Positions 1 through 7,777 of a DNA stretch of 16,353 nucleotides are shown here, one piece after another. Under the pieces are notes generated by a model. That model searched no databases, was not told the origin of the DNA, and saw only the letters and a program-made list of their open reading frames with translations. The stretch spans positions 1 through 16,353 of the forward strand of contig JBGCDR010000120.1 in assembly GCA_045105515.1 (NCBI GenBank). The letters run 5' to 3'. The stretch is from Oligoflexales bacterium. GTDB lineage: Bacteria > Bdellovibrionota_B > Oligoflexia > Oligoflexales > Bog-1112. The first letter of the stretch is position 1. Each line of letters opens with the position of its first letter. The position numbers and the translations under genes were made by a program.

Positions 1-136
1 AGTCAATTAAGTCATCTTGAAGCTAGTCAATTAAGTCATCTTGAAGCTAGTCAATTAAGTCATCTTGAAGCTAGTCAATTAAGTCATCTTGAAGCTAGTC
101 AATTAAGTCATCTTGAAGCTAGTCAATTAAGTCATC
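1..136. repeat. 24-bp tandem repeat (AGTCAATTAAGTCATCTTGAAGCT), 5 perfect copies plus a partial sixth, running off the left edge
   Basis: Identical units start at 1, 25, 49, 73 and 97. The sixth starts at 121 and diverges after AGTCAATTAAGTCATC. There are no unique spacers. Confidence 0.97.
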
Positions 137-158
137 CCGAAGCCTGTCGAGGGATCTC
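131..158 (+). repeat. REP-like palindromic element GTCATCCCGAAGCCTGTCGAGGGATCTC (GTCA/CGTC-headed type)
   Basis: An ATCCC...GGGAT stem follows a GTC head and ends in a GATCTC tail. It lies about 30 bp beyond the stop codon of the glutathione peroxidase gene. Confidence 0.6.
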
Positions 159-189
159 CCGCTGACAAAAAGCAGGTTCAAGCAAAAAC

Positions 190-738
190 CTACGATCCAG
201 CCTTCACCAACCTTTCTATATCTTGCAGTACGTTTGGATCATTAGGCTTGATTGAGGAAGGATAATGCTTTACCACCTTCCCACTGGCATCCACTAAGAA
301 TTTCTCAAAATTCCAGTTTACTCCACTCTTCTTGGGCGAATTGCTGGTCAAATATTTGTAGATGGGATCAATGTTCTTACCCTTAACATGTACCTTCTTA
401 AATATGGTAAAGTCCACTCCGTAGTTTCGCTTACAGAATTCTCCTATTTTTACGCCAGCAAGAGGTTCTTGGTTAAAATCGTTAGATGGAAAGCCGACGA
501 CTTCAAAGGCAGCTTTTTTATACTTTGTATGTAGGGTTTGCAGGCCCTTGAGCTGAGGGGTATACCCGCACTTGGAGGCGATGTTAGCCACCAGCAATAC
601 CTTTCCCTTGAACTGTTTAAAGTCAATTTTTTTACGTTCGATAGTTTCAGCTTTAAAGCCATGGAAGGACCCCTTAGCCATCAGCGGACTTGTCATCATT
701 GCAATCATGATGCTTACAGTACCGATTTTCTTTAGCAT
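190..738 (-). CDS. gpx: Glutathione peroxidase family protein (Cys-type, probably thioredoxin-dependent) with an N-terminal signal peptide
   Basis: GPx motifs GKVLLVANIASKCGYTPQ (TGC Cys codon, not Sec), VVGFPSNDFNQEP and WNFEKFLVD; second Cys in FCKRNYG. The N-terminus MLKKIGTVSIMIAMMTSPLMA is basic then hydrophobic. An AGGAG SD-like motif lies upstream. Confidence 0.93.
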   Translation of the reverse strand: MLKKIGTVSIMIAMMTSPLMAKGSFHGFKAETIERKKIDFKQFKGKVLLVANIASKCGYTPQLKGLQTLHTKYKKAAFEVVGFPSNDFNQEPLAGVKIGEFCKRNYGVDFTIFKKVHVKGKNIDPIYKYLTSNSPKKSGVNWNFEKFLVDASGKVVKHYPSSIKPNDPNVLQDIERLVKAGS

Positions 739-1225
739 ACTTCCTGCTCCTCTAGTTTAGTTTAAAGATTACCTTGGGTGAGAATTTGCCTTATCATAGC
801 ACTTTAGGGATTGGTCAATATAGAACATTTGTTTTAAAAAGGTGTGTGCTAGTTTTCGTGGATGTTGTGTTCTTTGCCTAAGGATTTTTAATGCCCTTGA
901 TTTGCACAGCGGTATTAGCTATGAATGCATAGCTGGATGCCATTCATTATGTGTCGTATGGATTTTACAAAAAATTCAAATTTGACGACGCTCTAAAATC
1001 AGAGATTGCAATACCAAAGTGAAGGAAAATAGTTGAATTATTGTCCTTTCATCCAGCTTTTGAGAAACTACTTTCAATTTCTGGTCACTACAAATGAAAA
1101 TGGCAGGAATAAAATAAAACAATATTTTAAGTAATTTATTGAAAAAGCTAGCCATGTTTTTTGTGTCGAGAAAGGAGATGAGCCAACTTTTTTAAGCGTT
1201 TGGTCAGACACCTTTACCCCAGCAG

Positions 1226-1820
1226 ATGATACTTCTGAGCAGCAACTCTACTCCGAAACCTTCAAACCACGTCGATCACGACCACCAAAAACCCTATTTC
1301 ATGCTCAAGCCACTTCTGAGTACCTTTGAGCAAGAGCAGGACCTAGATAAAGTAAAGTTACGTGCTAAGCAAGCAAAAAAGCAGCTTGATTCTACCTTGA
1401 AATCGACTAAAGAGATGATGCGAATATTCAGGATGCGAGCTTAGAACAATCCTTGAGGTCTAAGCCTGAATGCCTTAGTCCCCTGCTTAAGGAATGCCTT
1501 GAAGAAAAATTTCTTACGAGTGATCTTGAATTTGCATTTTCCAATGATCTCAAGCATCAAAAGCTTCTAGATATAGACCGAGAAAAGGTAAAGCGGGTCA
1601 TTAATAATGCCTTACAAAACATCCTCACGGCAGTGGACCCAGATGCAAACATCCAGATTCACTTTTCATCCTCCAGGAGGATGGTGAGCTGTAAGGAATT
1701 GGACTCAAGGCTAAAAAATAAAGAGCAGAACAGAAAAATTTTTTTTCATTGTTGCCATATGAAGTGGAAGAAAGTCCCTGTAACTTGCACCTGATGTTTT
1801 ATGCCTCAGGGAGGCTAAGA
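1226..1820 (+). pseudogene. Degenerate sensor histidine kinase remnant (HisKA plus partial HATPase)
   Basis: ORF 1226..1444 has an H-box-like HDHQKPYFMLKPLL followed by a helical segment. Frame +1 is open from 1411 and continues as ANIQDAS...PECLSPLLKECLEE...DLKHQKLLDIDREKVKRVINNALQN (N-box-like), so one frameshift between 1411 and 1441 joins them. The G1/F/G2 boxes are eroded. Boundaries are approximate. Confidence 0.55.
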
Positions 1821-1990
1821 AGCCACATAGAACTATTTATCTTCACATTGAGTTGATTATCGAGGCAAAATAAATTTAGAAAAGCGGGTATGGACTTCAT
1901 CTCCGAAAAGCCCGTCTACTATGAGCAATTGTTGAAGTTTTCTAAATGAGGGTATATTTGATAGGATTTCAATGCTAAACACTGTCGTGT

Positions 1991-2158
1991 CTAATTTGAT
2001 CCACCACCTCCGTGATCTTCACAACTATCTTCATTTTGTTTGATTCCATTGTCAGTTTCTTGGTTTTGCAGGGATCCAGTATCAGCCAAAATTTTAGTTG
2101 GTTGAGAGGTCCAAGTTGTTAACACTGCTAGAATTATTAATGCTTTCAATATTCTCAT
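1991..2158 (-). CDS. 55-aa putative secreted peptide: signal peptide, acidic mature region, Gly-rich C-terminus HGGGGSN
   Basis: The ATG at 2158 lies 19 nt after the stop of the upstream gene and is preceded by AAAGGGTATACAG (SD-like). MRILKALIILAVLTTWTSQPTKILA looks like a Sec signal. The longer 85-aa call overlaps the upstream gene and is less likely. Confidence 0.6.
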   Translation of the reverse strand: MRILKALIILAVLTTWTSQPTKILADTGSLQNQETDNGIKQNEDSCEDHGGGGSN

Positions 2159-2177
2159 CTGTATACCCTTTGCGAAC

Positions 2178-2957
2178 TTAATTAGAAAAACTATCAAAAC
2201 ACACAGTAGCGAAAACGGGAATATCCCCTTTATTGGCTTCATTGTCAATCAGTTCATTCACTTTTTGAACATATTCTTTGTGCAAATCATCGAGGTTTTT
2301 TAGAGTCTGCCCGTTTACGTTCTGGTAATATAATCCAATGTATTTGCTTTGCTTTGTATCAGTATTTACCGAATAAAATCTTTTAATTATCTCTGTAATG
2401 TGAGCATGAGTAAGTCTCGTAGAAACTCTGGGAAAAGCGCCCATTTTTCCCAATAAAAGGTCGTTTTCCTCAAAGATTATACCACTCTCTATGAGGTTAT
2501 TAATCTTGTAGTGCATTTTTGGGAAAACGCATTTTTCGATGATGGACCTTTTAGTGCCCCCAGGAATTGAGGATAAGATAAATATAATAAAAGTATCAAA
2601 GTCTTCTAAAAGCTCATCTAGTTCAGGATTAGTCTCGATTTTCTGGTTGGCTGCAAAGTCACACTGATAATCTGCACCAAATGCTTTAAGCAAAAGACTG
2701 CGAATCTCTTCACTGGAATTATCGATAGTTTCTTTTAAGGTGTCAGAAGCTGTCAAAAACTTTGCAAGTAACAAAACTTGGGAAAAATCTAGGGATGATG
2801 CCTTGCTATCCTCATCACTGAGGATTTTGCTGAGGAAGTAACGGTTCACATTAGAGCGTTTGGCAATAGCCCGGATCGAGAGGTTAGGCCTCTTTTCGCG
2901 ATAATCTTCTAGCTTATTGCGCAAAGCTATGATTACGTCTGAAACCTCTTGACTCAT
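2178..2957 (-). CDS. TIGR02147/DUF4423-like protein: N-terminal HTH, central winged helix, C-terminal alpha/beta domain; putative transcription regulator
   Basis: The N-terminal LEDYREKRPNLSIRAIAKRSNVNRYFLSKIL is an HTH-like pattern. The central IIEKCVFPKMHYKINNLIESGIIFEEND is wHTH-like. The C-terminus (VNGQTLKNLDDLHKEYVQKVNELID...PVFATVCFDSF) and the 259-aa length fit the family layout as I recall it. Confidence 0.62.
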   Translation of the reverse strand: MSQEVSDVIIALRNKLEDYREKRPNLSIRAIAKRSNVNRYFLSKILSDEDSKASSLDFSQVLLLAKFLTASDTLKETIDNSSEEIRSLLLKAFGADYQCDFAANQKIETNPELDELLEDFDTFIIFILSSIPGGTKRSIIEKCVFPKMHYKINNLIESGIIFEENDLLLGKMGAFPRVSTRLTHAHITEIIKRFYSVNTDTKQSKYIGLYYQNVNGQTLKNLDDLHKEYVQKVNELIDNEANKGDIPVFATVCFDSFSN

Positions 2958-3164
2958 GCCGAAACTGTTCCCTAGATTTAATATTTGTCAATTATTTTAG
3001 CTGGATAAGACGATTGGCGTCTACTCTGTACCCAAGGCGAGGATCAATAATCAAGCATTTTGTCGTATTTTTCAAGTGTAAACAATGAGAGAAGCTTTTA
3101 GCGGTGCTTATCGTTGGTAAATTTTTTCCAGATTGTGCTTGGTGCAAAAAAATAGAACGTGTGA

Positions 3165-3557
3165 GACCTCTCCACTCGCTTCGCTCGGTCGTGGTGACGG
3201 GTAATTTGAGGGGGGACTTCTCCATGCGCTTCGCTCGGTCGTGGTGACGGGTAATTTGAGGGGGGACTTCTCCATACGCTTCGCTCGGTCGTGGTGACGG
3301 GTAATTTGAGGGGGGACTTCTCCATACGCTTCGCTCGGTCGTGGTGACGGGTGATTTGAGGGGGGACTTCTCCATACGCTTCGCTCGGTCGTGGTGACGG
3401 ATGATTTGAGGGGGGACCTCTCCACTCGCTTTGCTCAGTCGAGGTGACTGGGGATTTGAGGGGGACCACTCCACGAATGATGAGATGACAGAAGTTGGTC
3501 GAGGTAACGAGGGGTTTGAGGAAGTTCTCTCCATGAGCTTCGCTCGGTCTAAGTGAG
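3165..3557. repeat. 50-bp tandem array of REP-like hairpin units: 5 near-identical, 1 moderately diverged and 2 degenerate copies
   Basis: Units start at 3165, 3215, 3265, 3315, 3365 and 3415, with consensus GACTTCTCCATACGCTTCGCTCGGTCGTGGTGACGGGTAATTTGAGGGGG. Degenerate copies lie at about 3464 (with an internal replacement/insertion) and about 3523. The minus-strand core reads CGTCACCACGACCGAGCGAAGCGTATGGAGAAGTC. Confidence 0.95.
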
Positions 3558-3560
3558 AGA

Positions 3561-4751
3561 CTAGATAAACGTCAAAAAGATCTGAATCACCAGGGCATTG
3601 GCAATATCGATAAAAAATGCCCCGACTATCAGTACAATAAACATCCCGTAGGGGGAAGGTCCATAGCGATTGGTTACGGACTCAATGTTAGCTAATGCAG
3701 TTGGGGTAGCTCCTAAGCCAAAACCACAGTGCCCACTGACAATGGTAGCTGCCTGGTAGTCTTTACCAAGGAGCCTAAAGGTCACATGGATGGTGTAGAG
3801 GATGATGCAGAAGGTCTGAACCCCAATGATTACGAACAAGGGGATTGCCATATCAAGAAGTTGCCAAAGCTTTAAACTCATCATAGCTATGGATAAGAAC
3901 AAAGATAAGGAAATCATATTCACCAAGTCGAGGCTCTGTTGCTGGAATTGCATCTTCTTTGACAACTCAAAGACGTTGGTGATGATAATTCCAATAAATA
4001 AGACGCTGATAAATGAAGGAATTGTAAGGCCTAAAGTGACCAAATATTTGGTAAGTTCAGATCCAAGGAATATTGCCGCAAAAGAAGAAAGCAAAACCTG
4101 CAAAATTGAAGAGGTGGTTACCAATTCAGGTTCGTTAAAACCGTGCTCTTTTAAAGCTCCATCTGGGTTGTTAACCTTATCCTCAGGAGCAAGTTTATGC
4201 TTGGATATTAGCCATTCAGAAACAGGTCCACCAATGATACCCCCTAGTACTAATCCCATGGTTGCACAGGCCATCGCAACTTCTAAGGCTCCATCAATGT
4301 GAGTAAACTTGGTAGCATAAGATGCTCCGGTTCCATGACCTCCTGATAAGGTAATAGAGCTAGCAAGCATGCCAAGGTGAGGATCTACTCCAAGGAGATG
4401 GGATAAACCTACTCCGATAAAATTTTGAATAAACAGATAGGCGACACAAACCAAAAAGAAAATCATCAGCTTTGAACCTCCTTTCTTAAACAGTGAGAAC
4501 TTTGCATTCATTCCCACGGTAGCAAAAAAGGTGAGCATTAAATCGTCACGAATCTCGTTATCAAGGCTCAGGTTTACACCAAAAAATTGATATAAAACCG
4601 TTAACACCAAAGCAAATACCAGTCCTCCAATGACCGGTTCAGGGATATTGAATTTTTTAAATGTATAAACCATTGAGTGGAGGAAGGTTCCGAGAAAGAA
4701 AACACACATTGCGAGGAGCAAGGTTTGTGCTTGATTCAATACTATGTCCAT
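3561..4751 (-). CDS. gltS: Sodium/glutamate symporter (GltS/ESS family)
   Basis: Motifs KFNIPEPVIGGL, LMLTFFATVG, SITLSGGHGTGASY, AMACATMGLVLGGIIGGPV, GHCGFGLGATPTALAN and VGAFFIDIANA. Multi-pass hydrophobic protein with an AGGAGA SD upstream. Confidence 0.95.
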   Translation of the reverse strand: MDIVLNQAQTLLLAMCVFFLGTFLHSMVYTFKKFNIPEPVIGGLVFALVLTVLYQFFGVNLSLDNEIRDDLMLTFFATVGMNAKFSLFKKGGSKLMIFFLVCVAYLFIQNFIGVGLSHLLGVDPHLGMLASSITLSGGHGTGASYATKFTHIDGALEVAMACATMGLVLGGIIGGPVSEWLISKHKLAPEDKVNNPDGALKEHGFNEPELVTTSSILQVLLSSFAAIFLGSELTKYLVTLGLTIPSFISVLFIGIIITNVFELSKKMQFQQQSLDLVNMISLSLFLSIAMMSLKLWQLLDMAIPLFVIIGVQTFCIILYTIHVTFRLLGKDYQAATIVSGHCGFGLGATPTALANIESVTNRYGPSPYGMFIVLIVGAFFIDIANALVIQIFLTFI

Positions 4752-4844
4752 AGGCAGTCTCCTGTCTTATCTATCTTAATACATTGACAATTTTTGGAAA
4801 AATTAGACAATCTTGTGAAAGTACGAATCTACAGCTTGGGAGTT

Positions 4845-7709
4845 TTAGGACGTGGTCAATGCCTCTAGTAAATATCTACCAGTATAGCTTTTCTTAACTT
4901 TTACAAGCTTTTCAGGGCTACCAGTTCCGATAATCTGACCGCCTTTTTCTCCACCTTCTGGACCTAGATCGATAATCCAATCAACGGTTTTAATCACATC
5001 TAGGTTATGTTCAATCAGAAGAATGGTGTTGCCCTTATCCACTAAGCTTTGTAGTACTTCCAATAACTTTCGAATATCTTCAAAATGTAAGCCTGTCGTT
5101 GGCTCATCAAGAATGTATAAGGTTTTTCCTGTATCCTTTTTTGCGAGTTCTTTTGCAAGTTTTATCCTTTGCGCTTCACCTCCCGACAAGCTAGTTGCTG
5201 ACTGGCCCAGCTTGATATAATCCAGACCCACTGCCATCAGGGTATCTAGTATGCTGGTGATAGTCCGATGATTGGTAAACAATTCCCTTGCCTTTCTTAC
5301 TGAAAGGTCGAGGACATCCGCAATCGAGTGGCCTTTATAGTTAATTTCTAAGGTTTGTTCGTTAAAACGTTGACCTTTGCAGTCTTCACATGGAACAAAC
5401 ACATCCGCTAGAAAGTGCATTTCTACCCGCACATAGCCATCACCTTTGCAGGTTTCGCAGCGGCCGCCTTTTACGTTAAACGAGAAACGTCCCTTAGAGT
5501 ATCCGCGCATCTTCGACTCTGGCAATGCAGCAAAGACATCCCGGATGGGTTCGAAGACCTTAACATAGGTTGCAGGGTTAGAGCGAGGAGTTCGTCCGAT
5601 AGCTTGCTGCGTGATGTGAATGACCTTGTCCAATAAGTCGTAGCCTTCAACGCCCTCATGCTGTCCTACCCTAAGCTGCGCACCCATTAGCTGGTTTGCA
5701 AGAAAGGGATGAATGATGTCTCCCACCAAGGTAGACTTGCCAGCGCCTGATACACCCGTAATACAATTAAGTAAGCCTAAGGGGATTTCAACGGTAATTT
5801 CTTTTAGGTTGTGCTCACTAGCGCCACTGATCATCAGCATAGAATTTTTATTCGGTTTGCGGCGTTTGGCAGGGATGGGGATATCTAAGCCACCACTCAA
5901 ATACTTGCCTGTGAGCGAATTTTTATTTTTGTAGATCTGTTTGGGAGTGCCCTCAGCGACCACTTCTCCCCCCAATAAACCTGCTCCTGGGCCAATGTCT
6001 ACGACCCAATCACTACGATCAATGGTTTCCCGGTCATGTTCAACCACTATGAGTGAATTGCCCAGATCCCGTAAGTGCAAGAGGGTATTGAGTAAACGCG
6101 TATTATCCCTCTGGTGCAAGCCGATTGAGGGTTCATCTAGGATGTAGATGACGCCAGTGAGTTCACTACCAATCTGTGACGCTAAGCGAATACGCTGTGC
6201 CTCTCCTCCTGAAAGAGATGGTCCGTAGCGATCAAGGGAAAGGTAGTTAAGGCCTACATTTAATAGGAAGCCTAACCTAGACATAATTTCTTTAATCAGC
6301 TCCCCAGCAATGATTAACTGTTGTTTATTCCATTTAATCTTTGAGAGAAAGGCATGAGCCTCTTCAATGGTGAGTGAACAAACATCCATAATAGAATGCT
6401 CGTCAATGTAGACGTGCAAAAGGTCTTGTTGGAGGCGTTTACCTTCACATGCGTCACAGTCCAGTCGGGACATAAAGCGTGCATACTTGTTCTTCATGAT
6501 ATCAGAAGAAGTTTGTTGGTAACGGCGCATAAGCCGGTTCACTAGGCCTTCTTCCTCACTTTTCCAAGAACCACTGCCTTTTTGTGAATTCCACTTGATG
6601 ACTAGCTGTCGGTCTTTTTCAGTCTTGGGTCCGTAGAGAATCCAATCGCGCATTTTTTTTGACAGTTTTTTCCATGGGGTATCAAGGTTGAGCTTCCATT
6701 GCTTTTGCATTGCTTGGATGCGCCGACGTCCCCATGACTCTTTATTGTCTTCTTTTTCGAAAAAGCTTTGCCAAGGAATGACAGCTCCATCGCGGATACT
6801 CAAGCTTTGGTCGAGTACGATCTTTGCAGCATCCATTTTTAAGATGCTACCCAAGCCCTGGCAACTAACACACATGCCTTGAGGAGAATTAAAGGAAAAA
6901 TGTGAAGGCTCTAAATCTCTGTAAGCGGTATTGCAGCAGGTGCGTTTTTCGCTCATAGTGTGATCTTTTTTCTCTGCAATTCGGTGGATAATGATCTCAC
7001 CTTTGCCAAGTTTCAAAGCTGTTTCTACTGAGTCAGATATGCGTTTTTTGAAGGCCACTCCAGACTTAATGACGAGCCGGTCAATCACAGCCTCTATGGT
7101 GTGCTTTTTGTTTTTTGCGAGTGCCTGAACTTGATCGATTTCTTGTACTACACCATTTAGGCGAATTCTGATGATGCCTTGGGCTTTTAGGCCCGACAGT
7201 ATGTCTTTGTGCTCGCCTTTGCGATTATCAATCAGCTTTGCTAATACTAGAATCTTTTCATTAAGTCCCATGTTCAGGATATGCTTCACCATGCTAGCAG
7301 CATTACCTACGCCAACTTGCTTTCCGCAATGGATGCAGTGTTGGGTGCCTAGGCGAGCGAAGAGGACGCGAAGGTAGTCATAGACCTCTGTTATGGTTCC
7401 TACCGTTGAACGGGGGTTTTTGCTTGCTGATTTTTGCTCGATAGCAATGGTGGGAGAAAGGCCACGAATCGTATCAAAGTTGGGTTTTTCCATAAGACCG
7501 AGGAATTGCCTGGCATAAGAGGATAGCGATTCTACATAGCGACGTTGGCCTTCAGCATAAATCGTATCAAAGGCTAAGCTTGATTTACCTGATCCAGAAA
7601 CCCCTGTAAAAACAACGAGTTTGTTCTTAGGTATCATTAGTTCAACGTTTTTTAAGTTGTGTTCTCTTGCTCCTTTAACGAGCAATTTCCCTTTGAGATT
7701 GGAATCCAT
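4845..7709 (-). CDS. uvrA: Excinuclease ABC subunit A
   Basis: GAREHNLKN, Walker A motifs GVSGSGKSSLAFDTIYAEGQRRY and GVSGAGKST, two LSGGEAQRI signatures, FSFNVKGGRCETCKGDG zinc finger, LYILDEPTTGLH; 954 aa. Confidence 0.99.
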   Translation of the reverse strand: MDSNLKGKLLVKGAREHNLKNVELMIPKNKLVVFTGVSGSGKSSLAFDTIYAEGQRRYVESLSSYARQFLGLMEKPNFDTIRGLSPTIAIEQKSASKNPRSTVGTITEVYDYLRVLFARLGTQHCIHCGKQVGVGNAASMVKHILNMGLNEKILVLAKLIDNRKGEHKDILSGLKAQGIIRIRLNGVVQEIDQVQALAKNKKHTIEAVIDRLVIKSGVAFKKRISDSVETALKLGKGEIIIHRIAEKKDHTMSEKRTCCNTAYRDLEPSHFSFNSPQGMCVSCQGLGSILKMDAAKIVLDQSLSIRDGAVIPWQSFFEKEDNKESWGRRRIQAMQKQWKLNLDTPWKKLSKKMRDWILYGPKTEKDRQLVIKWNSQKGSGSWKSEEEGLVNRLMRRYQQTSSDIMKNKYARFMSRLDCDACEGKRLQQDLLHVYIDEHSIMDVCSLTIEEAHAFLSKIKWNKQQLIIAGELIKEIMSRLGFLLNVGLNYLSLDRYGPSLSGGEAQRIRLASQIGSELTGVIYILDEPSIGLHQRDNTRLLNTLLHLRDLGNSLIVVEHDRETIDRSDWVVDIGPGAGLLGGEVVAEGTPKQIYKNKNSLTGKYLSGGLDIPIPAKRRKPNKNSMLMISGASEHNLKEITVEIPLGLLNCITGVSGAGKSTLVGDIIHPFLANQLMGAQLRVGQHEGVEGYDLLDKVIHITQQAIGRTPRSNPATYVKVFEPIRDVFAALPESKMRGYSKGRFSFNVKGGRCETCKGDGYVRVEMHFLADVFVPCEDCKGQRFNEQTLEINYKGHSIADVLDLSVRKARELFTNHRTITSILDTLMAVGLDYIKLGQSATSLSGGEAQRIKLAKELAKKDTGKTLYILDEPTTGLHFEDIRKLLEVLQSLVDKGNTILLIEHNLDVIKTVDWIIDLGPEGGEKGGQIIGTGSPEKLVKVKKSYTGRYLLEALTTS

Positions 7710-7726
7710 GGCGTTTCCTATTTGCT

Positions 7727-7777
7727 ATTTTGCTTTTTTCTCATACATAATAATGAAACAGATGAGAATAGCAAAAT
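7727..7777 (-). promoter_or_regulatory. Putative sigma70-type promoter of uvrA (TTGCTA-N16-TATTAT) embedded in an imperfect inverted repeat
   Basis: The minus strand reads ATTTTGCTATTCTCATCTGTTTCATTATTATGTATGAGAAAAAAGCAAAAT, ending about 17 nt before the uvrA ATG. The arms are ATTTTGCT..TTCTCAT and ATGAGAA.AGCAAAAT. Confidence 0.35.

Noticed and set aside
1..136. CRISPR array or iteron set for the 24-bp repeat
   Set aside because: The copies are directly head-to-tail with no spacers, and no rep or cas gene is visible in the window.
917..947. Two mutually exclusive small hairpins (AGCTATG/CATAGCT and ATGAATGCAT/ATGCCATTCAT)
   Set aside because: The stems are short and AT-rich, lie in a probably decayed region, and have no link to a start codon or terminator. 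They are compatible with chance.
2159..2248. N-terminal extension of the 85-aa ORF call (1991..2248)
   Set aside because: It overlaps the 3' end of the 259-aa gene. The internal ATG at 2158 has an SD and starts a clean signal peptide.
2992..3534. Three overlapping minus-strand ORFs (180, 123 and 105 aa) with repeated peptides
   Set aside because: They are a by-product of a stop-free 50-bp unit cycling through all three frames; the same peptides appear in each ORF.
3165..3557. CRISPR or TIGR-type guide array interpretation of the 50-bp repeats
   Set aside because: The units are near-identical along their whole length with only point differences. There are no unique spacers, and no cas or Nop-domain gene in the window.
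4785..4811. TTGACAATTTTTGGAAAAATTAGACAA dyad upstream of gltS
   Set aside because: It could be an operator, but the symmetry is mostly A/T runs and I cannot assign it to a regulator.
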